Of a DNA stretch of 64,000 bases, positions 47,494 to 61,789 are shown piece by piece (the first letter of the stretch is position 1; every line of letters starts with the position of its first letter). This stretch comes from Azolla caroliniana (lineage: Eukaryota; Plantae; Polypodiophyta), in contig JBHGNT010000007.1 of the NCBI GenBank assembly GCA_043228905.1, positions 1,612,001 to 1,676,000 of the forward strand, in the 5' to 3' direction. Under the pieces are notes generated by a model. It was given only the letters and a program-made list of their open reading frames with translations. It was not told where the DNA came from and searched no databases. The position numbers and the translations under genes were made by a program.

Positions 47494-50400
47494 GTTCTTG
47501 AGTTGGGTTGCTTCTAGCCTTCCTAGTGCCAAATCCAAGCCTTCTCTCCTTCTTTCAAGTTGTCTTATCTTTGTTGTCACAAGTTGTTCTCAGCTCATCT
47601 TATTCTCCCACAACATCACTCCTATGACGCAATCAACTCCTCGATGGACGGCACTGACTACATGAGTTTGGTTTGCATGAACCTTGTCACCAAATTGTGG
47701 GTGGTTTTATTAGACCACGAGACATAAAGCAATAACCAGGGCCAATCTCTAACTCGTCCTTTCTAGGCTCTAACAATAGCTTTTAGTACAAGCCTATGCC
47801 CACACTCTATCTTCAAGTTGGCATTTGGGTTATAAGCAGTTGAGGAGAGTTGTACTCCTAGTCATTCAAAGATCTCTGTAGCTTCATGACCATTCAACTT
47901 TCCTTGTTGGTCATTATCTTCCCCACGGAACTGAATCGGTAGATGATGTCTTTGAGCAAGAACTTACACACTGTCGCCATCTTTTTGTCCTCAAGGCTCT
48001 TTCTTCTACCTGGTTTGTGAGGTAGACTTCTCTTGCTAACACAAAGTACTTCCTTTGACCCACTCCCATCAGCATGGATACCAAGTCCACGTTCCATTTG
48101 AAGTGTATAGTAAATGGGTAGTTTTAGTGCAACTCATCTCTATGTCATACGATCTAATGTATTTGGCAGCTTTCACATGTCCCCACAAAATGGATGATAT
48201 TCTTGCATATTCTTGGCCAACAATACTTATCCTTTACCTTCTTGAAAGCTTCCCATGTTCCTCTATGGCCTACCCAAGAACCCTCTGGAATTCAAACACC
48301 AACATTGTTTGATACTCCTTTTTCGAATCACTGGCAGTGGTGTCCCTACCCTTTTCTTTGGGTGTTTCCTCTTTGTAAGAATTACTTTTGTGCTTTCTTG
48401 TGGATTCATTGTGTTTCCTCCTTCGTCCACAAAGTGTCTCTCATCATTGAGCTCAAGAACCTACCTATGTGTAGTCACTTCCCTTTCTATTTTCTTTCGT
48501 TGAAGGTGTTGAGCACTAGCACACATCATCCTTCCGTAGATGATTGGGCCATTTTAAGGAATTCGAGAGTGACATATTCATCTTCTTGAAGCCATGTCAC
48601 ATTCATCTTCATACCTCGTCGTTGTTAGCATGTCTTCCATGACATTGTTCTTTCCCAATATATGGAGGATTTCTAGGTTCATTGATTTGATGTATCTAAT
48701 CCACCTTAGTATGACTAAGTTTGGTGTTGCACACTTGATATCATCTCTAGGATTGGAAGGCAATCTGTGTCTATCATGATCTCTATCCCAATGAGGTAGT
48801 CTTTATCTACCTTCACCACAAAAACTATGCCACAAAGTTCCCTTTTCATTTAGGCATATCCTCATTGTCACTCACTGAGCACCTTTGCTCCGAATTTGAT
48901 GGTGTTACGACCACTATCTTCTCCCTCTTGGTTGATGACCCATTTGATCGCATCTGGACTCGTATCTACAGTCACGTAGATGGACATCCCTTCCTTGTAT
49001 ATGGCTTTTCTTAAAGTTGGTTTCGCTACCAACATTCCTTTCATCCTCTTCATCGCCTATGTGTGCTCGTCTCCCCATTTGAATTTCCTCCCTTTATTGA
49101 GTAAGCGTACAAGGGCTCAACTATGTGAGCGTAGTGGGAAATCCAAATGTGACAGAATGTAGATGCACCAAGAAATCACCTCATTTCCTTCTGCGATTTC
49201 CATTCTTCCTTCATTTCCCTGATTTATTTTGTCTATATGCCCCACACAAGTATGCTACCACAAGAATCTTTGATTAACTGAATGTCGACTTCTAAGATGA
49301 GAATGTTAGAAGTCTGTCTTGCAGTTGGCAACATGATCTGCCACGAAATGCTTGCACCCATCCTCATCCAAGGTATCTCTTTATCTGCTTTTTAATCTCC
49401 CTTTATTGGGATGTCATCAAGGAATGACATGGTGATGTTTGGGATGCAATCTTTCAATACCTTGTTCATTGCATTCACCATGTGGGCAACAGAGTTTGTG
49501 GCACCTTGTGGCAAGGTACACATGGGCACTAGGTTGATAGGGATTTGCATTGTCATGGTATCCCTGTTCTCCACGACTAGTTGGAATTAGTCATACCTTG
49601 AGTATAGGTTTCCAATTTAATATATTGACCGTCCGGAGAAAGCCTCGGCGAATTTATCGACACTTGGTTTGACTCCTGCATTACGAATTGTCACCTTATT
49701 GACAGGTTGCAAGTCCTAAATAAGGCTCAAGCTCTCATTATTCTTCAACATAGGTTCGAGGATTCTCATGTTGATTTTTTCTTTGATAATCTCAATGAGC
49801 TTAGGGATGTGAGCTCTTAACACTGGGATGGACTTGGTATCTCAGGGTATAGTGGTGCTGTGAATATCACAGCTAGTTCTATGATCATAGGTGTCATGTC
49901 ACGGACACACCAACCGCGGATTCGGACGAAGCACGGATGATGGGGCTAAGACCCTAGAACTTAAGAAGATGGGAACGACACAAGAGCATGAAGATAGAGA
50001 TGAAGAACGAGATAAGATAGAATGGAACAAGAATACTAGATTGATGTGTCAATGACTAGTGTTGAATCCCTTGAAAGGGATCAAGGAGGTTACAAATATT
50101 CATACAAGTTCTGAGATTGAATATCTCTAGAATATACTGATCTAGAATATACCATACAATAACTCTAGAATATACTAACGACTAGAATCAGAACTATACG
50201 CCAGACTATTGAATACTACAGCATTATACAAATGTATGATCATGTCAAAATGGTTGAGCATGACATCTTGTTGATGTGCGGTTGCAGGTTCAATCCTCAC
50301 CAACTATGTATTTGATGTCCGAGTCCGCGGTTGGTGTGTTCATGACAGTTTGAATCCCTTGAAAGGAACCAAGGAGGTTACAAGTATTTATACAAGTTCC

Positions 50401-51020
50401 GCGATTGAATATCTCTAGAATAATATACTAACGACTAGAATATTTTGATTCTGAAATATACTATACAAATGTATACTCATGTCAAAATGGTTGAGCATGA
50501 CATCTTGTTGTTGTTAGGTTGTAGGTTCAATCCTCACCAACTATGTATTTGATGTCATTGTGTCGTGACAGTAGGGTTCACACACCCTATCTTGTCTGGT
50601 TAAAACGTGAAAGCTCTTCCGTGGCTTTCGAGTAACTTCTAAACTTTGACTCCTCTGTGGGAAATAGGAAGCCACCTCCACTGATTCTGAGAATCCATCT
50701 TGTTTTGTTGGTGAACTATTGTCCTATGTCGTAGGGGGTCTCGTAAGAGAGGATCAGCTGCTACTCCCTTTATCCTTTTGCCAATTGTCGTCTGGCAAGG
50801 GATCAACCACTGGCTTCACCTTCTTGTCCACGATCTTGTACTTTGTGTGTACTTCAATTGTCCTCTCTTCTTCAATCATCCACCCAAGCACTTTTATAGT
50901 TGTATATATGTAAACTAAGTTGACCGGGATTACCTTGTGCTCAATAAGGCTTAAGGTGACTGCACTATTCATCTCCCCAAAGGCCCAATGTAATATTCCA
51001 ATTTTCACATTTCCGCATAA
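47494..51020 (-). mobile_element. Decayed Ty3/gypsy pol, same family as element B
   Basis: CTLPQGATNSVAHMVNAMNKVLKDCIPNITMSFLDDIPIKG (49392-49574), VTVDTSP (48868-49053) and TKYKIVDKKVKPV (50754-51008). Confidence 0.88.
49892..50570 (-). repeat. Compound solo-LTR-like insertion (inner unit 49897-50347 with ~31-bp terminal inverted repeats, plus a partial second unit)
   Basis: TGTCACGGACACACCAACCGCGGATTCGGAC ... GTCCGAGTCCGCGGTTGGTGTGTTCATGACA. Outer end TGTCGTGACA. TSD ATAGG/GTAGG, whose removal restores the host frame VNPTI. Confidence 0.75.
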
Positions 51021-51947
51021 CTAGCCACCTCATCCTTAGTGCCTATAGTAATATACCCTCGATGATCACATACTTCATAGCATCACTTGAGAGCTCCAAC
51101 AAACCTTTTATTCCCCATCTCTTAAATCATTCGATAATGACAAGCAGCTGGCCAAATGAGAGGATTTTTCTCTTATTAGTTTTTTGAACCTTGTACCCAA
51201 TGCTCAAAGGTTATTTTGACAATCTATGATCAAGCATATTATTGACTTTTGTGGTATACTTGTATAGTCTATGTTGTGATGAACAACTTTCCTTATTTTC
51301 TTTTATGTATATGAAACTCAACAAACGCTCACTCACACACACACACACAACATACAACAATATTTTTGCCAGGCAATTTGTAATATGTTAGAAGTTCTAC
51401 AAGCCTAATATTCATCATCAAACACAAAGATATGTACAGGTTTTGGTGTACATACAATTTCTTTTATTCTATGTTGTAAGCCTCTAGGCAGATAACTTCA
51501 ACTTGTAATTTTCAAACGCTTTTAATACTATTGAAGAAAATCTTTCAAGGAAAAGAAGAAGAAGAAGAAAAGCAACCCTTGATGTTGACTCTTTTACTAA
51601 TGATTTCTCTAGCAATAGGAGCTCATTTGTAGCAAAAAATTAGCATGCAGTTTCCTTAACAAATTTTAGATAATATCTTTGAGAATTTTTGTGTAAATCA
51701 TATTAGGTGTAAATTCTATACTTGTTGGAGAGATTGCTATTTTGGTATAACCTATGTTCCCAATGGCAACAAAGTCCTTACATTCTAAATACCATTGTAT
51801 GACATCCGTGCTATTAGTCGGATGGCAACCATTTAATAACCTTAGCTATCCTAGGTTTGGGATGATGTCACTTAAGTATTTAATCAGTTGGGTGATTTTA
51901 ACTTGGAGCCAATCCTTCCTCTTCATCAAGTCATTCCAAATCCACAA

Positions 51948-52240
51948 GGAATATACTTGTCTTGGTCATTTATGAATTTCATTGATTGAGACATGGTTTT
52001 CCTACTCTCTTGATCCCTTTCTCTTTTGTCATTGTTCTCATTCAAGCTCGGTGTCTCCATTGGAATGATTCACACTCTATCCCACTTGATATAGTTGAAT
52101 ATGCTTGTCTTGGTCATTTATCTTTCATTGGTTGAGCCATTGTATTCCCATTCTCTTGATCCCTTCCTCTTTTGTCATTGTTAGCACTCAACCCTTGTGT
52201 CTCCATTTGGATGGTTAGCACTCTATCTCACTTTGTAGTG
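51948..52240. repeat. Degenerate ~150-bp tandem duplication
   Basis: GAATAT(A/G)CTTGTCTTGGTCATTTA...CTCTTGATCCCTT...CACTCTATC occurs twice. Confidence 0.8.
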
Positions 52241-53269
52241 TTGATGGATCGCTCGAGACTTTGTTAACACTTCATAGTTGGTATTAAATCGTATTTCCTC
52301 CATTAGTATGGTCATCACACAATACCACTTCATATAACTATAGAAGAATTGCACTAGAAAAGGTAATATTACCCTTTTAGACCTTAACATCTACACCTAG
52401 TTTTAGATTAAACTTTTAGCTTTTTGATCAATGCCTTATGAGTATTCTTTCTATTGATGTAAGCCTTCACGAATTGTCCTATTGATTGCATTTTAATTTC
52501 GTTGAGGTCAACTTTTTGCGTAAGGACTTGATTGATGCATAGGGTGTAGTTACCCTTGTCGGAAATTCTAATGTTGTTTGACATTGTATTGAAGAATTTA
52601 AGTTTAGTGATACATAATTCCATTGGCACCATGACACATTACTCAAAATTGAAAACATTGTAATCCATGTGACACTAAGAGTTAGAATAAAAAAGCGCAT
52701 GCATCCTTCATTGGTGCCACATGTCAAGTGTAGCACTCATCTCTTGTAATAGTTAGCTTGAGATACATTTAGGAGAAGCCATAGGGGAAAAGAAAAAGCA
52801 AGCTTGACCTAGAACTCAAAGCACAAGGGAAATGTATACACAGGGATACTTAGCCATATCTTGTGGAGGGAATGATCTAATCGTAATTATTGAGACACTA
52901 CTTGGGATTCCCATTGGTTTTTTTAAATTTTAAACAAATTATCTATACAATACAATCTACTTCTTAATTGGATTTATTCATTGCCTCTTGTAATTAATGT
53001 ATTCTAAAATCATTTTGGTTTACTCGTATACATTACTTGTCAAACTATCCTTGGTTCTAAATTGCTTAAAATTTTGAGCTTTTTTTGAGCCTACAATTCA
53101 CCCATCTCTCCTAAATTCGACATTTTCTTGGTCAAGAACCCCAATAGTTCCACCGACTCGCTTCATGACAATGCATACTTGATAGGACTTTTGGTGTTCA
53201 AGATCCCAAAATAGAGACAAATAAATATTTAACACGATGAACAAAACATCATTATTTTGGAACCCTCAG

Positions 53270-54797
53270 GTGTGAACAAGTGACGACATGATGTTAGGCC
53301 AGCTTAAGGGCCTAGCATGGGGAAAGCTGGCGCAAACAGGGCTTCACTCTTTAGATGATTGGAGACGCACGATGGCTTTAGGAGGAGTCTAGGAGGTCCT
53401 ATTCCCTTCCCTCAAGGGAGCCATGAAAATGCGGAGATTGCTAGCTGAGGCAAATGATAGGGTTCTAATGGGGGAGGTGAGAGAAGATGCTTGGTTCAGT
53501 CTCTTTGATGAGGCTGGAAGGGTTAAGGCGCTTAAGGGTGTGAGCGGATTGGGAAGAGATAGGATTTTTGGGGAGAGTCAGAGTAGGGGCTCTTGGCACC
53601 CTATTCGCGTGGTGGCACAGGTTGGTAACATCTGGAAGACAGACGCGGATGTTGCTAAGGTGGAACCCCATTGGAAGTTATGGGTATATGGTTGTCGTCC
53701 CCTCGTCGAACTAGAATGGGACCCAGGGGATTTCAGGAGGAACCATGATGGCAGATTTCGCCATTTCTTCGAGTACAACACTAAACTGGGTTGGGCTTTT
53801 CAACTACAGCTAGAAGGCCCCTTACACAATGGTTGGCGTACATTGGGCATCCCTGATGAGGTGCTCATTACCTTTTGGAAAGATCTCTGGCGTCTCCACT
53901 TGCCGGAAAAGATAAAAATATTTTGGTGGCAAATTGGTCATAATGTGGTTCCCGTTGGTGAATGGCTAGGTAAACGTGGTGGCCCGTTAGGCTGCCCACT
54001 TTGTCATTCACCTATTGAGACTCTGAGGCATTGTCTGTGGGATTGCCCTCACGCTCAAAAGGTATGGGGTAGAGTGACTCGCCTCCTTGTGGCATGTGAA
54101 GTGGAAGGAACAACATCGTGGAGTGTTGCGGCATGGCTTGATCACTCTGTTGATTGGTGGACAGATGCCTTCAATGCAGATAGTTGGTGTTATGTATGCA
54201 TGAGGGGAAAAATCGTCAAGATTCAATTTGAGAGAGGCTTGCAGTCCGCATCCCCTAGGTTCCCAGACATTTGGATGTTGATCGCAGGCTTCACCCTGTG
54301 GTATGTATGGAAAGCGCGTTGCCTAAAGGTCTTCCAGGATTTGGTGCGGCCCCCGGAGGAAGTGATCATGGACATATGGTTTGCGCTTATTAGCTTCCTA
54401 CGAGGGCAATTGGACGAGGATTGCAGCCATTCCTCTGACGTGGGTACTGCCCACTTGCGCTTTTGGCAGAAATGGCGGAACACGCCTATGATGACACAAG
54501 GAGGAAGTGGCCCGAGGTGGAACTACCAACCCCCACGCTAGCTGTTTCCGGCTCACTTACCACCCTCCCTTTGTTGTCGACCCCAAGAGTTGTCTCATAC
54601 TAGCCATCACTGCATGGCACTGGTTGTAGGTACTTACACTAAGTAGTCAGTCTGAAAGGCAATGTAACTAGTCTCAATTTCTTCAACTTGATCGGAGGGA
54701 CATTCCCCGATCTATGTTTAAGCCTCCTTGTACAGTCTCTTTGTAATAATCCTACCTAACTAATGGGAAAGTAGCTTCATTTTGGGAAAAAGAAAAC
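53270..54797 (+). mobile_element. L1-type LINE 3' fragment with zf-RVT and an A-rich tail
   Basis: ORF 53423-54541: PEKIKIFWWQIGHNVVPVG...CPLC...ETLRHCLWDC...WYVWKARC. 3' end TTTTGGGAAAAAGAAAA. Confidence 0.88.
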
Positions 54798-57700
54798 ATC
54801 ACACCATTGCTTTTGGCTTGAACCGATAAGCTTAAGTTGCTTAAGCTGCAAGAAAGACCAATAAAATAGTATGTTTATATATTTTTTAAAATTAGAATTT
54901 TAATAAGGTAGAACATGAATATATTGAAAAAATGTTTGTTAGGTCTTACTACCAAGGATGCCCACACGTCTTGTATATTATTTATAATGTCACTCCTAAA
55001 ACATTGTGTATTATAATGATACTCTTTTCTTATACTTGCTTATGTCAACATGCATGAAGCAATGTATGCTTTAAAAAAAAGAGGCACCACAACAATCAAA
55101 CAATCCACATGTATGGCAATTTTTTACGCCAAACATTCCAAAGGTAAGATGTAGCAACAACTTTTCTAGCTTATTGAATATTTCTACTTTAAACTATTTG
55201 TCATTTGGACAATGCCAGAAGCAGTCACCAACATTTGGCTAAAACTGAGATTAGTTAGTTAATTGACAAAATCATCCATATCAATTTTCTTTCAATACAG
55301 TTGCCCATCTTTGATAATTTGCATGGCAAGACTCGTGAAACTTCCTTATATAAGATAATATGTTAATATGTAGTACACGGATTTATTATTAACATCCAGA
55401 TTTCAAACCTTGGCAAGAAATTACATTTACTATTGAAAATTCTATTTGAAAATGTAGACAACATTAGTGACAACATGTGGAAATTATTATATAAACCCAT
55501 AAAACAACTATTGGATCATGGTAAGGGGAACATATTGTTGTAGATTTAAGAATACAAAGCATATAGCCCTAGTTAGAAGTTGAAATAGAAATGAACATAT
55601 TGTTGTAGATCACGGTAATGGGCATTGGATAACATGCCCTTGTAATTTTAAGAATATAAAGTATGTAGTTCTACCATGTTGATGGGAGTCTATCGAGTAA
55701 TTATGTGACGAGGCTTTGTTGCTTCATTTATACATGATGTTTTCTTGTAGCCATTGCAAAGTGGCTTGTAACATATGAGTTGTATATTATTCTATGTACT
55801 TTTTCTTAATTAATGGAAGTAGAATTTTTTTGGAAAAAAAAAAGTAGGAATTGAAATATTACAATTTCCATTTTTTGGAAAGAAGATCAATATATAACTT
55901 TTGTTCCAAATATTTCAATCTTCTAACCCAAAAAAGATTCTTCATTTTTTCCTTGAAGTTGTTTCTTGAAGATATGAGTGGTTTCTTGAAGTTGTAAATT
56001 TGGAATCAATTTTAGAAGAAGCCTAACAAAACATGTCAACACTAGAATGTTGTTCTCCAAAAGGGGGATTGAAAAATACAAAGAGTGGATTGAAAATGTA
56101 TTGTCATCAATAAACTTCCTCAATTCACAACTTGACAAAATGTTCCACAATTGAGAGTTTAAAAAAATGCTTTAAAGGTCTCATAATTTCAATGACTCAC
56201 ATGCGCCCTACAAGAAAGAATGCTATTAAGTTGTAAAGCTTTATTTCAAGATTAGTTTTTGACACTGGAGTCAAAAGGGAATAAAAATATGATTGGAGGA
56301 TGTAATTTTTATCACGCTTGTACCAACCCCAGTGCTATTATATGTACTCAATTCGAGGTCATTAGACTCTTCCACAATGGGACCTTCGTGTATATCTATA
56401 TTGGAACTAATACAAGAAGCATCACAAAATCAACCAGATTACAAGTTTATTCATATAAAGATTTTTTCCCTTTTTCTACCCACAAGTCGAGGGCAAGTCA
56501 ATACTTCCATAACATATCTTATCTGTGTTCTATGTTTGGAAAAACATAATGATCCCATTCAATTGACTGGGGAATTATGGCAAGAAAGAGTTTTATTGAG
56601 AATGTCCACAAATATAGTTGAAGATAGAGATGGTTATGGAAGTTACTAGGACCACAAAAATCTACAAAAGCTATTATTCAAGTAGGATCACAAAAGCTAC
56701 ATAAAAAAGTAATTGCAAAACTATCATTCCTTATAAGAGAATGTAGAGGTCTCCACTAATCCCACTAATCATATGTAGCAAACTATTACCTATAAGTTCA
56801 CATGCTTATCATGCAATAAAATGCTAGAGGTAATATGGGAAATACATTGAGCCTTATAAGGGGTGACATAGATCAATACCTTGCGTAAGAAGAAAGAGTG
56901 AATATTTAATATTGACCTTTGGGAAAAGGAAAAGTTTCGAGTTTTCACAACACATAAACATGGGTTTGGAAGTGATACTTTATTGGATCTTAATTAAATG
57001 TAGTAATTAAAGGCTAATTGCATCGGTAGCATCAAGTGTTATGAAATTCGTAAGAATTAAATGTAGTATGTATGTTTAATTGTAAGGGATGCCAAGTGTG
57101 ACTTCACGTTAATGCGGATGTGTTAGTTGCTCCTCTACTTTTAAAGCTAAGGAGAAAATGGTTGCTCTGGCATTCCGTTGACCTATGATTTGCAAGTTGT
57201 GTACTTGTAGCTAATCAAGTTCTTCTTGCAACTATTTGGTATATTGCTTCTACTATGTTGTTTGCTAGGTCATGTACTTTGCAGGTCCAACGTCTTATTC
57301 ACAATTACATTTGGGGAGGAAAAACATGTCAGAATAAAAGGCCTAAAGTAGCTTGGGCAGTATTGATTGCTCCGAGACAAAATGGTGGCTTGGGGTTGGT
57401 GGATCCGGAATCACAATGTAAGGCTTTGCTCTCTAAATTTGTGTGTAGAGCTATGTTGCCAATGCAAGGTATTTGGAGTCAGCTAATGATGCATAGGTTG
57501 TCTACTATGTCCGAAAATAGGCGGAGTTTGGCAACCCTCATTAAGGTGGGCTTTTATTCAGAATTTTCATTTCCTTAAAACATCCTTACCAAAAGATAGA
57601 TTTTTTAATGGAATTCTCACAAGTTGGGCTGCCATTAAAAAATTTCTGGTTCAAAAAATGTCTTTGACAATGGATGACTTGTTGAGACAACCTTTGACCT

Positions 57701-58813
57701 TGAATTTTCTCCTCTCTGATGCGAAAGGTTTTTTGTTTGGTAGCCGTCCTAGGCTTAATTGGGATGCTTTGGATGCATTAGTTGCATGTAATGTTCTTTC
57801 ATGGGGATGCCATGTTATGAATCGACCGTTACAATCTTTATCGATGCATTCAGTTCGAGGAGGCAATGTTATGTGTAATGATTTGCAAGTGGCATTGGGA
57901 CAATTTATGGCTTCATGGTCTCCCTCAAGTAATGAGATATGGTTTGGTTATTTTTCTCCTTTAAAAGTTATTTTAGGAGCTAAAGTAACTAATGCTACGG
58001 GTGATGCTATGTATTTTAATGTTGATGATGATGGTAGGTTGTAGCATGTATACTCAGATACATCAGATGTGTGGATGTCTACCAAAACTTTGGCTATTCG
58101 AGTAGTCGCACGATCGGGAAAAAAATGGTCTTTGGATCCACCCTTTCAAGAATGCTTGTTGTATTCCTCATTGTGGGTTTTTCAAAAAAACCTCTCCATA
58201 ATTTGGATTTGGATCTAGTTGATTACCAATGGAAAAAGCCGAGTTTTGGTGGAAATGATAAACATTTGGAGTTTTTCCAATATTTAGTTAAGCTAGGTAG
58301 AAATTTGTTGCTGCAATCAAAGTATAAATGCCCTGCTACCATGAAGCACTGGTCTAAGAATTATGTGTGGGAATTACAACTTGCCAAATTTTGGAAATGG
58401 TTGTGGAGCATGCAATTGCCGAAAAAAGTCATTTGCTTTCATAGGTTGTTGATTCATTATGCTCTTCCTGTTGGTGATTGGTTGAGACAATATCAACAAT
58501 ATGCTTGTGGATTGCATTGTGGCGCACCTACTGAATCGATTTTGCATGTGTTTTGGTTATGTCCCAAGATCAATAAATTTTGGAGTAAGTTGTTTTTATT
58601 GTTGAGACAACACTACTCTCATTCAATATTCTCTTGGGGTGCAATATTGTGGGGTGTCCTTCATGGAGAGGTTATGAGGTATGAAAGTATGCATGCTTCT
58701 CATGTTTTTCGTTTTTCTTATGGACACTTCTCTCTCACCTCGTTTCCTTCATCTGTTCCACAGTTCAGAATTATAAATTTGGTCCTTTGGCGTACTATTA
58801 CGTCATTGGCTCT

Positions 58814-59549
58814 TGTTAAACATAGTGCTCGGCCACAACCGAGGAATAGGATCAACTCACAGAAAACAGGAAATACAAAATGCACGAAGACAATAGAGAG
58901 AAGAGTACACAGGATGTTTTACGTGGAAAACCCTAAATGGGAAAAACCACGGGAGTCCTCAAACTCCAACTATCACTATAAACAGAGATGTACAATGGTG
59001 AAGCTACAAGGCAACAACCTTGAGCTCACTGTCTTCGCCACAGGCGGCGGTAATACACAGAGGCAACGACCTCTTCGTCTCTCTCTCTCTCTCTCTCTCT
59101 CGGCTGCTCTCTTCACTCCCTCTAAGTGGAAAACAGAAAAATGAGCAACAACCTACAAAACTGTTTGCCCTAAGTCATATTTATACACAAATGACTTTCG
59201 GGCTATTTACAAATATAGCCTCGAGGGCCCTTGGCAAACATATTCACAAATATGTCCCCGCATCCGGATCTCTCTCCGGGTACATTCGTCATCCGGCTCC
59301 GTAGCCGGGGTCTTCATCATCCGGATCCGAAACCGGGTCTTCATCATCCGGCTCCGTAGCCGGGGTCTTCATCATCCGGATCCGAAACCGGGTCTTCATC
59401 ATCCGGTTCCGATACCGGGTACTTCATCATCCGGATCCGAAACCGGGTCTTCATCATCCGGTTCCGATACCGGGTACTCCTCATTCGGGTCTTCATTCCC
59501 GATTCCCGGACATCTGACCATCCCATCCGGAGGGACCGTAATCCCAACA
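58814..59549 (-). repeat. Solo LTR (736 bp, copia-like) with perfect 5-bp TSD GCTCT
   Basis: TGTTAAAC...CCCAACA. GCTCT at 58809-58813 and 59550-59554. Minus-strand TATA (atttatac, about 59180). GTTTTACGTGGAAAACCC motif. Confidence 0.92.
59288..59512. repeat. 27/28-bp minisatellite in the U3 of the solo LTR
   Basis: TCTTCATCATCCGG(A/C/T)TCCG(A/T)(A/T)(A/G)CCGGG, about 7-8 units. Confidence 0.9.
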
Positions 59550-60202
59550 GCTCTTTGGATAATATGGAAAGCGAGATGTGATTCCGTTTTTAACAATGTC
59601 CACATACAACTCAACACTATGCTTATTGAATTCTAGATGTTGTTTGTTCACCTAGTACATGGTCAATATGATGATCTGCAGGGTTCGGATGATGTTTTGT
59701 GGCAACGGCAAGTGGCCTTTAAGAACCGATGGCAATGCCTTCAATTATTTTCAGATACAACTTTTGGTCGAAAGTGGAATTATGCCATACCTTCCTTTAT
59801 GTTGGATAGTGGATAATATTGTTCTACTTGTTTATATATGACATCATCTGTTTGATCAGATGTACTAGTGTTTGTATCTTACAATAAGAAGTGAGATGAA
59901 ATGTCCGCTTCTATTTTTTCTATGTAGACTTTTGAAGTAATATACTAAGGTGTATCTTCCTTTAAAAAATAAAATTGTGAGGTTTTATTGATTTGATTCA
60001 CATTCAGCATGAAGTTAGGTGCTAACCACTTTTGTTTTGAAGCATTACAAATTTGATGGTAAATTAATTTCAATACATATAGTCGTACTGAAGAGTTTGT
60101 TAACCTTCATAAACATCCGTGAAAAGTTCAATATTTTCGTTAGAATTAATTTGCTCTATTTAGATAATTCTTTTGTTTATCTCGCAAAACCTCATGCTTT
60201 CT

Positions 60203-60272
60203 TTCTTTTTTTTTCCAAAAAAGAAGCTACATTCCCATTAGTTAGGAAAGATTATTACAGAAAGACTATATA
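60203..60272 (-). mobile_element. Very short L1 3'-end insertion (family of 53270-54797)
   Basis: Poly(T) plus CCAAAAAAGAAGCTACATTCCCATTAGTTAGG...GATTATTACA, matching the reverse complement of 54730-54790. Confidence 0.7.
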
Positions 60273-61789
60273 TACGAGGTGGCTTATACATCAATCAGGG
60301 AATCACCCTTCGACCAAGTTTAAGAATATGAAACTATGTACATATCCTTTCAAACTAACTACTTAATGTAAGTAGGTACCTATAGCGATAAACTAGTGCC
60401 CTTTATCACCGGTTAGTACAAGCCGGATCTTGTGGTCTACAACGAAGGGAGGGTGGGAGGTGAGTAGGAAACAACCAATGTGGGGGTTGGTAGTTCCAAC
60501 CTCATGCTTTCTTACTTCCCTTTAGTCCTTATCTTATCTTGGAGATCCCTACACGATTCTTAAATTCATTTGTTGTTACTTACACGGTTACACCTTTCCT
60601 AATGGGGCTTATTTAAAACTTTCCCTTATTTCCTTCTCTTGGGACATAATCCTTGCCTTTGTTCCATGCACATAGATTGTCTCCTCAATGCTTCTCCATA
60701 TACATGAATTGACACTATCATGATTGTCTTCTAGGCATTTTCATTAGGACCTACTGTCTCTATTAGGCGTGTACGTTGTTATTTAAAACTAAAGTTTGAT
60801 TTTATTTATATTGATGGTTTTTTATATTTCCTTAAAACATTAAAAAATCAATATGACATTTGTGCTTTTGTTTGTACATTCGTTGATTTGAGTATTTAGG
60901 AATGGATTTTTTTGTAGGGTGACTAAGTCGCCAATATTATACGACCATGGTAATTAGTTAAGAGCCAATCACACCTCTTTTAAATAAAAAAAAGTGTACG
61001 CATATAATATTGCATGAAGTAAATTGTGAGGTCTCTATCACACAAGAAATAATTTTGACATATATTGAATTAATTGCATATGTACAATTACTACACACAC
61101 CGTATTAGTATGCATATGCGAGATAGGAAATATTGTACCCTTTAGGTGTCAATAGATGTTTCCCTAAGTGGTTGAAAAGAACATCATTCTTACTCATATT
61201 CCAACTAAAGTATTTAACATTCATTGTTTCATATCACATCTTATCTTATAATATAGGACATTTATTACATAAAGTAAATTTGGTGTCATTAGAGTCTAAC
61301 TCACATAATTCCAATTTGAGGACAATACAATCACGTGCACATTTTGTCTTCATTCATCACCAAGGATTCTAGAATACAAAAAAGGCAATGATTATCAACG
61401 AAGGTAAAAGAGTCAATATTAGAAATATCCTCAAGACATGTCTTACCAACTGTATTGAATCTAGGAGAATGTATCTCCATTATGAGAAGCTAGAACCTAT
61501 ATGTCTTATTAGAAGCTAGGAGCCTATATTTCCATTATAGGAGACAAATAAAAAATGGAGTGGAAAAGTACAAGGAAGCTCGTTAAAGAGAGGTTGTCTT
61601 TATTCTTTTCAATGGTATGTATAATTGGGTTTTGAGTTCGAAAATAATATTCGTGTGCAGAGATCAATAAATAAGGCTTGTGCATACGAGCAAGCCTCAA
61701 AGTGTGACAATCAACCCATGGTTACATTCATGGGCGTCCATTCACTGAGGTAATGATTATGAACCACCCCTCCAGTTACCTAATCTATT

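Larger units (their letters stand above)
57140..59973 (+). mobile_element. L1-type LINE 3' part interrupted by a solo LTR
   Basis: YIWGG...KVAWAVLIAPRQNGGLG (57255) and zf-RVT (58071). The frame resumes after the LTR with WIIWKARC at 59555. A-rich end at about 59965. Confidence 0.85.

Noticed and set aside
58071-59144. 357-aa host gene
   Set aside because: Chimeric read-through from the LINE zf-RVT into the solo LTR at 58814.
59288-59547. DPDDEDPVS repeat protein or CRISPR array
   Set aside because: It is the translation of a minisatellite inside a TSD-bounded solo LTR, and the 28-bp units break the frame.
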